Positions 25,431 through 39,214 of a stretch of DNA of 64,000 bases are shown here, piece after piece; the first letter of the stretch is position 1; each line of letters begins with the position of its first letter. Made by a program: the position numbers and the translations under genes. Origin of the DNA: Eledone cirrhosa (lineage: Eukaryota). Location: the NCBI GenBank assembly GCA_964016885.1, contig OZ024742.1, forward strand, positions 264,244,001 to 264,308,000. The letters run 5' to 3'. The notes beneath the pieces were generated by a model that saw nothing but the letters and a program-made list of their open reading frames with translations, did no database searches and was not told where the DNA came from.

Positions 25431-26279
25431 TTATATTGGCATCAAAACGTTTACTACGTAGTCACTACACTCGACTAGATTGACTATATGGTCAGTAGAA
25501 AGTTAACCTCTGCATTCGTTAGAAGATCATTGAAAGATATGAGCAAAGATGGCTAGAGAGAAATTCTGGGTTTCGACTAAGGACTGGCTGAGTAACCTCT
25601 TCTGGAAGTCTTTAAAGTCAGGTAAGATGGAAATTTCGAAATATCCTTAGCCTGGCATTGCTACTGTGGAGTTTGCTTATGTGTGTGGTAGATCTATCTG
25701 TCAGCCTAGAAAAGTAAATCATCACCTTTGTTTAAGCCAAATCAGAGTAGGTGTTCTTTCTGTGTCTGTTGGCTCTGGTGAAGTAAGTGATATGGTGATC
25801 ATCGTTGAAAAATTTGAGGTCAATCCTTTCCTTCTCAAGATAAGTATTGCTCAATTATTTCGAATACCACTTGAGAGGAAACATAAGGGTAGGGAGAGAG
25901 ATTTGCCTTTCAGTGTATGAAAGGTGGTTGAGTGTGACAAAACAGTGTGGTTAAATGTGCCCACATTAACTAGTTCAGTTTGTGGTAGGCGACCATTTTA
26001 TGAGCTGCGATTCGGCTGCAACACTGCACCATAGTCCATTGCAAATCTTACACTGGAAAAAAACTCTATTAAACCCCCAATTTATTTGAGGCCATATTTT
26101 GCTTAATAGTTCTATTTCTTGTTACATATTTATTAATGTGTCCTTATTGTTAAACCAACACTTTCCCTCTACGTAATCGCCCCACTATGTCTTGTTTATT
26201 GTTTTCTTATGTATTTCATGTTTGTTTTGCCCGTAATGTCTTGTATATATGCCCAACATCTTGGACTATAAGTATGGCT

Positions 26280-27312
26280 CATACAAGCAGGTCCATGAGC
26301 TATTTTACGTGTTTTTTTGAACGGACAAATCTCCATTCAAAGTCAATATACAAAACTTGATGAAAATGTTTGTAACATAGAACAGTGGCTAACGTCAATA
26401 CAATGTCTGAGGACCGTCCTACCCACTCTGGACGAGGCAGGATCCGTACACAAGAAATTAATGACATGGTCCGAGAGTCTGTTGAACAGAGTCCAAATCG
26501 TTCGCTGCACAAGAGAAGCCAATCATGGGATCTCTCCACTTGCTGAGGGGTTGTCTCAAGAGGATATTTAGAAGTACCCCTACGGAATACAGACTAAACA
26601 AAAGCTTACTAAAGCTGACAAGCTCAAGAGAAAGGCTATGGCTGAGGAAATGCTGGAGAAGATGTAAAACAACCCAAACTTTCAGAATCTGCTATGGAGC
26701 TCTGATGAAGCCAACTTTCACTTAGCAGAGAAGATGAACTCTAAGAACAATGTGTTCCGGAGATCAGAGAAACCCATTGAAGTGTCAAAGGAGGTCCTGT
26801 AAAACTTCAAAAAGGGGCTACACTCCATGTACCCATCTCTAATGATAAATTCTGGTTCCAGAAAGACGGGAACAAACCCACACACCTCCAACGAATCGCG
26901 GAATTACTGAAAAATACTTTTGGAAATCGTGTGATCAGTTTTAAGACTAATTTTGAGTAGGCACCACGCAGCTCTAATTTAAGCAATCCAGATTTCTTTC
27001 TTTGGGGCCATCTGAAGGATAGGGTATATATCAACAAATGCAGGACCATCACTGAACTAAAGGAAAACATCTAGGTCTGTTTATAAAGACGTTATGCTTA
27101 ACTTCACCATGCGCTCCGAAATATGCATGTATTCAAATGTGGATCACTTGGAACACGTGCAGTAACTCTGGACAGAAACATCAGAAGATAGTGAATGTTT
27201 TATATGTTGTTTGAATAGTTTGAACTAAATATATTCGGATTGTCATCAGTTTTTGGCAAAAATTGAATAATATAGACAGTAATAAGTATGGCCTTTTTTA
27301 GTCCCCGTGTTG
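26280..27312 (+). mobile_element. Degenerate Tc1/mariner (maT-like) transposase
   Basis: WSSDEANFHL, WFQKDG, APRSSNLSNPDFFLWGHLKDRVY, GSLGTR/HLEHV end. Confidence 0.85.
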
Positions 27313-28291
27313 TCGAACAACCTAACAGTTGCTAGTTCATATTGTCATTGTAATTCTATTTTGTCTATAGCCAAGACATGGTCATGACTCAGTAGATTTA
27401 ATGCTTGTCAATAGTTTCCCTATATAATTACCGTGAAATTAACTATGATGCTCTAGCCTCATATAATAATGGCATGGTGCTCTAATGTAATCATGACAAT
27501 AGTATTTAAGTCTGCTAGCAAAATCCACGATGAAGTACCTTCTACATAATTGCTCACTCAACTAAACGTATTATAAAAATCTGCCTCAAACCATAACATA
27601 TTATATAAAGGACATATTGCATAATGTAGTTTTAGGTGTACTATTTACAAAAAGATAATTTACTATTTACAAAAAGATAAGATGATCAAAAGATAAGATG
27701 ATCACGGCTTCCGATCATGGTGCACTTTATTATTGACAAGTATTTTATTAACCTTTCAAAATGGAAAGTATTTTACTTTATTTGACGTTGACCCCCCCCC
27801 CCCCCCCCATTCACATCTACTCTTCAGTATAGACACAACAATTTCAAAATATTACTGAATAATTAATCATCAGTAAACAGTTAGCGAAAATAGCTAATGT
27901 TTTGAACCCATATCGAGATGAAGAGTTTGATGTTATTTAAATGATTTGGGTATTTAAGTTATATAGTAAAAATATAGCTCAAGTGACATTGTAACCCACC
28001 TCCAACTTCTTTATGTAACACATATATCTATTGAGCAATATTTCGGTTTATAGTCAGTTATTTGCGACAACCTCTATTTAAAATGATTAATTTAATGAAA
28101 TACTGATTCCTCTTTTTAATCATCAAATAAAACATATGTATATATTTACATACAATTGTATATATAATTACATAAATATTCATGTATGGACAGCTAAACT
28201 TATGCACATTTCTGCTCAGTAACACATCAATGTAAGGTTTATTGATTAAAGAAAAAACATTGGTTTGTTTATATATTTACCATGAGCAAGA

Positions 28292-28555
28292 TGAATGGCT
28301 TAGTGGTTAAGGTGTTGGAATTACGATCTTAATGTTGTGGGTTCGAATCCCGGACTGGGTTATGTGCTGTGATATTTTGCAAAACACATTGTTTCACATT
28401 TTTCAAAGACAGCTGAAAATGAGTATCAGCAGTAGCTGAGGATTTACCTTGCAATGGACTGGTATCCTATCCAGGGGAAGTCTTATATTGTTAGTTGCTT
28501 AACACAGATGAAACAGAGCTCTGGCCTGATGAGCCTTGGGACAGACTAACTTTAA
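28292..28555 (+). mobile_element. tRNA-derived SINE (second, core-type family)
   Basis: TGGCTTAGTGGTTAAGG A-box; GGTTCGAATCCC B-box; CCTTGCAATGGACTGGTATCCTATCCAGGGG core. Confidence 0.75.
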
Positions 28556-29049
28556 TACCAATCTGTCCAGTCTCCAACAGTGACAGCCTGTTCAACCTCC
28601 AAGCCAGCATGGAGAGCAAACATGAAAGAATGATAATTATGATGATGATAATGATTTTATAAGCTGAAGTACATCAGCTAAAAGGTTAATACACTAGGTC
28701 GCTATCGATTGAATCACTGTGTTATAAGTTCAAACTCAAACACTGCTATTGACATTGAATCATACATTTACTCAAAACTTGTTTGTACTACTTCATTTAA
28801 TGTAAATAATTGTTGCCATAGTAGTAGTGGTAATAGTTTTGGTAGTGGCGGCAATGGTGTCAATGGTGATGATGGTGGGGTTGTTATTGGTGGTGGTGTA
28901 GGTGATGGTAGCAATGGTAGTTGTGACTATGGCGGGAGTTTTGATGGTGGTGGTGGTGGTACTGGTGATGGCAGTAGGGTAGTCGTGAGTAAAAAATAAG
29001 CTACACCAATATTGTAGTTGAGAGAGAGACGGGGGAGAGAGTGAGAGAG

Positions 29050-29084
<35 letters not shown>

Positions 29085-29085
29085 G

Positions 29086-29119
<34 letters not shown>

Positions 29120-29239
29120 AGGCTTGGTGAAAAGAAGTTGTGGACCACATGCATTTCAATCTAATTCAACTTAATTATGTCAACTATATTTTACAAAAAG
29201 AAGTTATACAGTGATGGAAATATGAAAAGAAAAAGTTAA

Positions 29240-30325
29240 AAACGAAATTACGTAATGAACAGGGGTGGGTGGGTAAATAAGGGTAGATCTGGCTGCAAAG
29301 GAAAGAATTTAAATGCCATAAATAACGGGAAAAGGCAGGAAAAAGCAAGGACTATTAGGCTATGGAAGAAAGGGAGGGTGAAGAGAAGAGGGTGATAGGC
29401 TCTATTCCTAGGGCGGGTCGGTGTTTTGGCCGCGCCCCACGAACAATGGCCAGCGGCATCCGCTGCAACATCCACCTCAACTCGTGGGGCCCCTTTCCTC
29501 AGACGAGCTGCTGACTTTCCGATTTTACTGAATAGCTCGGCAGTATTTGCTCCGAGTACGCCTGAGGTCTCGTTGCCGACCGGTGCGAAGATGAAGTGGC
29601 CAGACAAGTCCCAGTATTTACTTCTCTTCCTGTCCTCTACATTACGAAGCGACTATGTTGAAAGCGGAGAACGTGTCACAGAATGTGGCGTCCCAGATGA
29701 GGGATTTACCTCCTTCAAATGGGAAGAAGGTAATTCTGCCGGGGCGCTTGCCGTTTCCGCGGCCCAGGCCTGCTAGTTCTAGTTGTGATGGGAAGCCAGC
29801 TGTGTCCAGGTTCTTTCTCAATAGGTTATTGAGAGGAGCATGTCGAGGAAACCAGCCTGGCAGCAAGACAGTGGGTGCAGGCCAAACTTGTCAATGACAG
29901 TCCCACAACGGCATTTGCGTGGTTCATACACGCGGAGGCCGAAGCGTAGAGCCACTCCGATACAAGTGCACTCGTCAAGAACAGTACAGGTTGATGAGTA
30001 GGGCACTGAATTGAGCGATGCACAGCTGTTTGACTGCGAATCGTATTGGAGCCAGGCGAGGCGGTGTTGGTCCAAGCTAGACTCGATCCGCCTGAAGGAA
30101 GACCTGCTCTTGATGTCGTCAGAGTTACATCAGAAATTTGTAAACTGGGTGACAGAGAGACCATAGCCTGTCCAGTTAGATAGAACCTGCTCAGGGTCCG
30201 GTGCCACGTCAGGTTAGGTCCTCTTGCTGAGGAGCTGACGAGGGTGCGACTGGAGGAGATTGCCGAGAGGTAGGACGGCAGTGACAGATCCGAAGCGAAT
30301 CGGAGTCCGAGGCCCAGTTTAGATC
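29240..30325 (-). mobile_element. CRE-clade non-LTR retrotransposon 3' part (CCHC plus RLE)
   Basis: CRCGTVIDKFGLHPLSC, RHAPLNNLL, GKRPGRITFFPFEGGKSLIWDATFCDT, FAPVGNETSGVLG. Confidence 0.88.
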
Positions 30326-30504
30326 AGCTTCTTGTCAGTATGTTTATAATGGCACTGAAACGTTACTTATTCTATAAATTAAGCAACTCAGTGGCACATT
30401 ACTTCTGGCAGGAGCAATGTAAAGTTCACAGAACAACTGTGAAAAAGGAAATAGACATTATTAGTAACCACTAATAATTCAATAAAAAAAAATTGTGGAA
30501 GTTT

Positions 30505-31090
30505 AATAATGGTTTCTGATTCAGGCAACTTCGGGTTGGGGAAGTTGATTAAATCGATCCCAGTGCGTTACCAGTACTTAATTTTTATCGGCCTCATAAG
30601 GATGAAAGGCAAAGCTAACCTCGGCGGGATTTGAACTCAGAACATAAAGGGCCGCAACTCTATGTCATGAAGCATGCTGTCCGACACCCTATCGATACTG
30701 CCAATACACTGCCCTAATAATGATGGTTTCATAATAATGATACTGCCAAGTCACTACCCTTTATATAATAATTGTTTCTACTTTAGGCACAAGGCCAGCA
30801 ATTACCCAGTACATTACTGGTACTTTATTTTATCGACCTCGTAAGGATGAAAGGCAAAGTTAACCTCGGCGGGATTTGAACTCAGATCGTAAAGGGACGT
30901 AACTATGCTGGAAAGCATGTCCGACCCTCTACCGATACTGCCAATTCACCGCGATTTCTAGTACATGCACAAGGCCAGTAATTTGAAGGGGAGGGGAAAG
31001 TCGATTAAATCGACTCCAGTGTATTACTGGTGCTTTATTTTATCGACCTCGTAAGGACGAAAGGCAAAGTTAACCTCCGTGGGATTTTAT
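30505..31090 (-). mobile_element. SINE cluster (30505-30715; 30768-30953; partial 30954-31088)
   Basis: Reverse complements of the dominant SINE; TTATATAATAAT flanks the last two copies. Confidence 0.9.
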
Positions 31091-31388
31091 ATAATAATGA
31101 TAAGGAAAAGAAAATAGAAGAAAATAGAATAAAATCAATAACTAAGAATCAGTGTAAACACCTCCCCTAAATACAGAGGAATAAAGAGCTCTATGGGAAA
31201 ATAAATAAATATAATATGGCCTATAAAAATCTACGCTCATGACAAGAGACTGTCTAAATAATAGGAGACTGAATGATCTGACCTATTCAGTAGCAGTAGT
31301 GATATCAAGAGAAATTGAGCTTGATCAGGGAAAAATACCCAACGAAACCCAAACGCCAAACCCTAAATAAGAAAGAAAATATAGTATA

Positions 31389-31534
31389 CTAGCAGAATGG
31401 CCAGGCGCTGCTCGGGATTTGCTCTAGGGTTCTTATATATTTGATATATATTTATCCTTATCGAGTCTCGTAAAATAAATACGTTTGTTTATATTTCGTT
31501 ATTGTGTATGCAAAAATATCTGTACACGAATATA

Positions 31535-31609
<75 letters not shown>

Positions 31610-31984
31610 TTATACTTGGGGAGGGTCATATTGTTGTAATAATATTGCCAGAATTAATAACAGAACACACTCACTGTTTGGTTGGTTTTCGCTTCTGTAT
31701 CTTTCATATCAGTTAATTTATTCGGTCCTCAATGTTTACCATTGACTGATCCACGGTCAACAATACAGATATAATATGGACACAAACACATATATATATA
31801 GTCTAACAAAGTTCTTTCGTTGCATATCTGCAACATCGTCAGTGGTGCTATTATGTTCCTCCTGTGGTATTGTATATTTACGCCATCTTTATTTAATCTG
31901 AAACAGATTAAATATATAAGATTAAGTATAACAATATTTGTTTCGACACACGATTTCATATCAAAAACTTCGCAAAACAAACAA

Positions 31985-32016
<32 letters not shown>

Positions 32017-32545
32017 TAAAATTACAGATTAAAGTTTCAGCAAAGAATCGCTGCTTTCGCCCTTAACGGAATCTTCTGAAACTAAAAAAATCAATCTGTG
32101 AACGCAGAAGTAAATATTTCGAAAAACGTTACACACATATATATATATATATATACACACACTATATATACATATACACACACACACATATATAGCGTCA
32201 TCGAAAAACGTTACACACATATATATATATATATATACACACACTATATATACATATACACACACACACATATATAGCGTCATAATGTCGCAATGCAGAC
32301 AGCTAGGCATACAGACAGATATTATAAGGGCGCAAAAGAAAGACTAAAAATTATAGAGAGAGATCGCTAAATCGCCCAATGCGGTCCCTAGGACATTGAA
32401 AATTTGAAATTATTTTTTCTCAAAACACTCACACAACTGTAAGTATTACATGTGTACAGTTTGAAAACAATCGGTTGGGTGGTTCTCGAGTTTTAGGGAG
32501 TGAGGCAGACAGACAGACAGACATTCTCTGTTTTAGATATATAGA
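31389..32545 (-). mobile_element. Non-autonomous Helitron with the same embedded pLTR/HHR (32033-32083) and an extra insert at 31605-31985
   Basis: A|TC 5' end at 32545; hairpin plus CTAG|T at 31389; colinear with 17968-18554. Confidence 0.82.
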
Positions 32546-33371
32546 TGAAATTGTAAAACAAAGGAAAGACTACTGATCAGAAAAGAAGGATCCAACATAA
32601 AAAGGCACAAAATAACAACAATTTATAACTTAAAATAGAAGACACTTTGAAAGAAAAAAAAAAAACACAGCAGTAAGTTGCTACTTAAAATACCATGAAA
32701 AGCAAGAAAGCTTCAACGAAAAAAAAACAACAGGGTGAATAGCAAACAATTCTACAGAAATATCAACAAAAAACATTACAGTAGAAGACACACCAACACC
32801 ATCAATAACTAGGGCACACGGGGAGGGAAAATAGAGCAGAACAGTCTTATACAACAAAAATACATAATGTGTAAGAAGGGTAGAGGGAAGGAAAAGCATG
32901 ATAGCACCACAAATAACATTCTACTGACCCTGCTAGTGGCTTCTATTCAGAGAAACCCATCTAAATACCCTTTCTGTTGCTTCCACAATGTCCTGTAATG
33001 TCCCAAAGTATGTAGGCCTTAATGAGGAAATGGTGAGCGGACTTTTGGTTATTAACACCAACTGGCATGTATCTGGTCATCAACCCATTTTTATCAATAC
33101 AAATATGTGTGGGTAAATGAATGAAATTATAATTGTTTCTACTTTTGGCACAAGGCCAGCAATTAACCCAGTGCATTACTGGTATGCTACCGAAAACTTT
33201 CTTAATTTATCGAAAATTCTCTCTTAGTTGGAGAAAGAAAAGAACCTAGTGGCAATACTTAGCATCTCTCACAGAAAAGGGGAGATAATATAAAGAAATT
33301 AAAAATTAGTCACGTTAAGTTAATTTGGATGCTTAAAAAAAAGTTTGATCGTTGTTTGAAGGTAAGAGACA

Positions 33372-33414
33372 AGTAAGGGCATGTTTCAGTCTATTAGACC
33401 TCATCAGCACATTG
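33372..33414 (-). ncRNA. Degenerate minimal hammerhead
   Basis: CTGATGA g gtct aat agac t GAA ACATG cc; cleavage triplet and stem I are mutated. Confidence 0.5.
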
Positions 33415-33739
33415 TAGTCTATTGAGGCTTGCCAGATCAGTTGGCAAAGATATTTGCAAATAGAAAATAAAGTTACAAATAATTTCATATGTGTATTTGT
33501 ATGTAAGTGTGTGTGAGCGTATGTATGTGTTCCTGAGATTGACAGGAATTGCCTTAAGTTTCTATTTAAACAGGAAATAAAAGTAAATGCAAATTTGACT
33601 TTCTGCTGTAGTCATGGATAAACATGTTTACATTAAATTCATTAGTTAAACATATCTAGGGATTACGTGTGTGTGTGTGTTTATGTGTTTATATATCAGC
33701 AAACAGTCACACACATACACATACATACACACTGGCTTC

Positions 33740-33770
<31 letters not shown>

Positions 33771-33777
33771 TATATAT

Positions 33778-36674
33778 TTATTAAAATAACAGATTAAAGT
33801 TTAAGCAAAGAATCGCTGCTTTCACCCTTAACGGGATCTTCTGAAACTAACAAAGTCAATCTGTAAACGCAGAATTGGATATTTCAAAAAACGTTGCAAC
33901 CGGAGGAAGACAGGAAGACGATACTTTGGTTCGTGGTAACGTTCGCTGGCAAAGAACGGGAAAAAACGAATAATACGTCATTAATAGGAGCGGTGAAAAA
34001 CAATTACGCGCAAAGACAAAACCACGTTTATGGTATAAAAGAGGTCGTAGACTAATGTTCTCTTAGGTGGTGCATAGAGACGTTCTCTGGCAATGAACGA
34101 AAAAACGAAGATAATAAGTCATATGTGGAGCGTGGAGAACAATAGCACGCAAAGACAAAACCACGTAAATGGTATAGCAGAAATCGTAGACTAAAATTCT
34201 AACTAGGAGACCAAATGAATCTCCGCTACAGAGTTAAGAACAAAGTAAATAAATACAATACAGAAGTAATAGAAACAAATAATTACATACACGCAAACAG
34301 ATACGTACATACACAAGCATACGCAAAACCTTACCATGGGTATACAAAACCACGCACATATAAATATGTGAGTGTGTGTATGCTTGTGTACAAATAAATA
34401 AATAATTATATAAACGTATATAAGTAAATAAATACGTATATAACAAGCGCACACGCATACCTACATATAAATACACGAATGTTCGGAGACGTAAGTCAAC
34501 TAAAACAAGAAGTACACATATACACACATCCACCATACGTACGAACCTAACACTCACGCGGACGCAAAACTCCCGTATACACATAGCCAAACCCTAAATA
34601 CCAGAATATGTAAAAATTATACGCTATAACAGTCAAATATACGTACGAGAAGGTATACATACCTTCACAAAACATACGGGTAATATATACTTACCTATAC
34701 AAATAAGTAAAGGAATAAACAAAACATATACTTAGCTCCCACATCAAGACGTAAAATATCCACGTATAGATCGTGCTATCCGTTAGGGTATAACGTGGGG
34801 CTGTAATACAGGAAAGTTTTGTGCAATTTATGTTTACAAGCCGAAATTGCCTCAGATTTTTTGTTTAAGAAGTGGTCTGTAGCGTAGAGTATTTCCAGGG
34901 CCTCAGCGGCGCAGAGGTCACATGGTCTTTTATTTCCGTTATACGATCTAGCCCAAGCTAGGATCTCCCAGTGTAACTTATATTGGGTGTGGTTGTCTTT
35001 TAGACTCCAGATATAAGCTGAAAGTGACGTCATATTCCTTCTTAGAGGGTAACGAAAAGAATGGGTATGCATGTAAAGACGCTGCTTGAAACTATTGGCA
35101 GTTAACCCTATGTAGGCCCTACGGGACGTGGGTATTACAACCTTACATTTGTAGACAATGTTACTAGAGAGGCATTTCCCGGATAGGGGGCAAACAGCCC
35201 GATTCCTACAATTACAGTTAGTACTAACTACAGGGTTGCACGTGTTCCTACGGCTAGGTAGTTTAGCTAAATTTGAAGCTGTGATGTTATGTGCAAGGTT
35301 AGGAGTCGTAGAGTAAGAAATTTTAATAGTATTTCTATTAAAAATTTTACTATATTTATGTGTAGGCGGAAAATGCTTCGTAATAAGGGAAAGAAAGATC
35401 TTAGCTAATGGTGTGGCCACCTCCATATTATATGGTGGGTTAAACCAACAAATGCGACGGGATCTATTTCTTCTAGGTCTATTTTCGTACTCTGTATATG
35501 CTACCTTATCGACAAATCCACTTCGAGCAGGAGCTTCATTGTAATAAGTGGAATGGTCGTTGAAAATGCGCTCGTTGGTGGAAAGACGGGAAAGCCTCAA
35601 CGAAACGTTTCTTACCAGGTTCTTGGTTATGCTGGCAGCATGGTTGGAATGCTTACTTATGTAATTAAGCGTATCATTCGGCTTTCTATACGGGTAATAC
35701 AACCCATTCACTCGATACAGGTTGAGGCCAATCTCTCGGTCGTTAATTACTTCGACGTTACCCTCAATTTATTGAATGGGTTGTATTACCCGCATAGAAA
35801 GCGGAATGATACGCTTAATTACATAAGTAAGCATTCCAACCATCCTGCCAGCATAACCAAGAACCTGGTAAGAAACGTTTCGTTGAGGCTTTCCCGTCTT
35901 TCCACCAACGAGCGCATTTTCAACGACCATTCCACTTATTACAATGAAGCTCCTGCTCGAAGTGGATTTGTCGATAAGGTAGCATATACAGAGTACGAAA
36001 ATAGACCTAGAAGAAATAGATCCCGTCGCATTTGTTGGTTTAACCCACCATATAATATGGAGGTGGCCACACCATTAGCTAAGATCTTTCTTTCCCTTAT
36101 TACGAAGCATTTTCCGCCTACACATAAATATAGTAAAATTTTTAATAGAAATACTATTAAAATTTCTTACTCTACGACTCCTAACCTTGCACATAACATC
36201 ACAGCTTCAATTTAGCTAAACTACCTAGCCGTAGGAACACGTGCAACCCTGTAGTTAGTACTAACTGTAATTGTAGGAATCGGGCTGTTTGCCCCCTATC
36301 CGGGAAATGCCTCTCTAGTAACATTGTCTACAAATGTAAGGTTGTAACACCCACGTCCCGTAGGGCCTTCATAGGGTTAACTGCCAATAGTTTCAAGCAG
36401 CGTCTTTACATGCATACCCATTCTTTTCGTTACCCTCTAAGAAGGAATATGACGTCACTTTCAGCTTATATCTGGAGTCTAAAAGACAACCACACCCAAT
36501 ATAAGTTACACTGGGAGATCCTAGCTTGGGCTAGATCGTATAACGGAAATAAAAGACCATGTGACCTCTGCGCCGCTGAGGCCCTGGAAATAATCTACGC
36601 TACAGACCACATCTTAAACAAAAAATCTGAGGCAATTTCGGCTTGTAAACATAAATTGCACAAAACTTTCCTGT
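33778..36674 (-). mobile_element. Penelope-like element family A copy 2 (minus, 33778-35711) with an inverted arm (plus, 35712-36674)
   Basis: ORF 34776-35711 has thumb, CNCRNRAVC and NIVY..YIG; the plus arm adds VNYFDVTLNL and is near-identical but has SNPs and a 1-bp deletion; HHR at 33798-33848. Confidence 0.93.
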
Positions 36675-36874
36675 NNNNNNNNNNNNNNNNNNNNNNNNNN
36701 NNNNNNNNNNNNNNNNNNNNNNNNNNNNNNNNNNNNNNNNNNNNNNNNNNNNNNNNNNNNNNNNNNNNNNNNNNNNNNNNNNNNNNNNNNNNNNNNNNNN
36801 NNNNNNNNNNNNNNNNNNNNNNNNNNNNNNNNNNNNNNNNNNNNNNNNNNNNNNNNNNNNNNNNNNNNNNNNNN
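36675..36874. other. Assembly gap (200 N)
   Basis: Run of N. Confidence 1.
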
Positions 36875-37407
36875 GTTTCTCCTGGAGGACGGCAAGGGAG
36901 ACGCGCTGGAAAAGCCCCTCCAACTCGCGGGGCTCACACATGCCAGGGGTACGCCCGCAAACCTGTCGGAGAGCGACCGGTATTTGAGGAGTTTGGCCCC
37001 CCTCATCCCGACGTGCAGCAGAACCTGGGTATATATTGATATATTGAAGGTAGATACGGAAAGTAAAAGAGTGTTGTCATATAGAGAGTGAAGAGAGACA
37101 GAGAGTAAAGCAGTTAAATTATAGAGAGGGTGAAATCGGGAGAGAGAGAGAGACGACGCTCAGCTTTATAATATTTGAGAGTGAAGAGTGACAGAGAGAG
37201 TAAAGCAGTTAAATTATAGAGAGGGGGAATGATGTATTATAGAGAGAGGGAAGAGCGACGGAGAGAGTAAAGCAGTTAAATTATAGAGAGGGAGAATGAT
37301 GTATTATAGAGAGAGGGAAGAGCGACGGAGAGAGTAAAGCTAAGAAACTATAGTGAGGTGTGTAGGATACATACATACATACATAATACACACGACACTC
37401 AGCTTTA

Positions 37408-37451
<44 letters not shown>

Positions 37452-37925
37452 TAACAGATTAAATGTAAGCAAAGAATCGCTGCTTTCACCCTTAACGGGA
37501 TCTTCTGAAACTAAAAAATCAATCTGTAAACGCAAAAGGAAATATTTCGATAAAAGTTGCAACCGTAGGAAAACAGGAAGACGATACTTTGGTTCGTGAA
37601 GACAGATAGATATTATAAGCGTACGACGTTAAAGCTATGTATCTAATACAGGCAGCCAAACATACAGATATATATTATATGTGCGCGACGTTATAGCTAT
37701 GTATCTATCTAAAAAGACAGACTAAAAAAGAGAGGGGAATGTCGTATAACCAGAAGTGTCGACGTTTGAACACTTTAAAGAAGTGAATATTTAAATAAAC
37801 GATAAAATATCTTTAATCTTTTAACGAAATTTAGAAGACAAAAATACCCTCACTTACTTACTTGGATAAAGTTACATCTATGGTGCAAATTTGGTGCCGT
37901 TTGGTCCAGCTTTATAATATAGATT
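36875..37925 (-). mobile_element. Helitron 5' pieces plus a family A pLTR fragment (37446-37600, HHR 37462-37512)
   Basis: Three CAGCTTTATAATA 5' ends (~37165, 37405, 37915); subrepeat AGAGTAAAGCAGTTAAATTATAGAGAG shared with the Helitron at 22860-23030. Confidence 0.65.
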
Positions 37926-38611
37926 AAATTCTGTATTCTAATTCCATCAATGTTAAATTCCGTTTTCATCCTTAGAGGCATTTAAAGTATTTGTGGTTAT
38001 TTGCATTCAGTAATCAAATTACACAGTGCTTACTTATGGAGTAGATTTAATGCATTGACTCGTTTAACACTTTCATCAGATCCAAGTACCTTTAGTAGAT
38101 ACTTCTCAGTTGCAAGGATTCAAGTTTCCATTCCTCCCATCAGTCTCAGAAGCTCTAAAATCGTTTAAAATAAAGGATCATATGTCTGTAAATGAGTGGT
38201 TGTAACTGTGGGTATATAAAACTTCACAAAAAGAAACAAAACGAGGAAACTTTGTGCCTTTAATCCTTTCGTGACCATATTTCTCTCATAGCATGTGTTG
38301 TTTGAAGTGAGTAATTACTCAATATTGTACGAGTTTAAGAGCTTAACGCATATGGGTATATTTGACAGAATGTGTTCAGCTATACTCGTCGATACCTCTA
38401 AATTTCATGTTTCTAACTCTCTTAGTGGTGGCTGTCCTCTGTCTATGCTATTCTTTCAGTAAAGACCTCCATCCCTTCCAGTAGTATCTCTGTAATGGTA
38501 CTGGGAGAAGCAGGCGACATTCCAGAGTTAGAAACTCACTATTTAGCCTATATAAAATGAATATTTAAACTCTACTTCGGTATTGAGTACTCTTTTCTCT
38601 CGCCCATCCAC

Positions 38612-38648
<37 letters not shown>

Positions 38649-38829
38649 TAACATAACAGATTAAAGTTTAAGCAAAGAATCGCTGCTTTCACCCTTAACG
38701 AGATCTTCTCTGTTATTTTAATAAATATTTGTACTATGGTTTTATATATTTTTATATATATTATCCTTATTGAGCCCTCTTCGGATTTTAGTCTTCACAT
38801 TTATTATTATTACTATATATATGTGTGTG

Positions 38830-38872
<43 letters not shown>

Positions 38873-38965
38873 ATATCACGTTTTTATACACGTTTTTATT
38901 GTATGTAAACTCCCCTCTTTGTAATTGTCCCCTTCTTTTGTGCCCCTGTGGCTAATAAAGAAACA

Positions 38966-39023
<58 letters not shown>

Positions 39024-39214
39024 TTACTTATCTGTGACGAACACATTCTTTCTTCTCCCTCCACCCCTCAATAATTATAATGGAATATATTTTTTGACAC
39101 GGTATTTTCCCTTTCATTTTCTTTTTTTCTTTCATTACCTCCTTTTTTCACGAGACTATCATTGCTATAAAAAGCACAATACCCTAGTACTATATGTATG
39201 CGTGGTATGACTGA

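Noticed and set aside
26702-26708. CTGATGA box
   Set aside because: Encodes the SDE of the mariner WSSDEA motif.
28295-28370. tRNA-like sequence
   Set aside because: It is the head of a SINE; no complete cloverleaf.
28505-28535. GAAAC...CTGATGAGCC in a SINE tail resembling a type II HHR
   Set aside because: No convincing stems I and III; it looks like an ordinary SINE tail motif.
28709-28999. Gly-rich 96-aa ORF
   Set aside because: Translation of degenerate (GGT)n low-complexity DNA.
35553-36215. 220-aa ORF as a novel gene
   Set aside because: Chimera of antisense PLE sequence and the inverted PLE arm.
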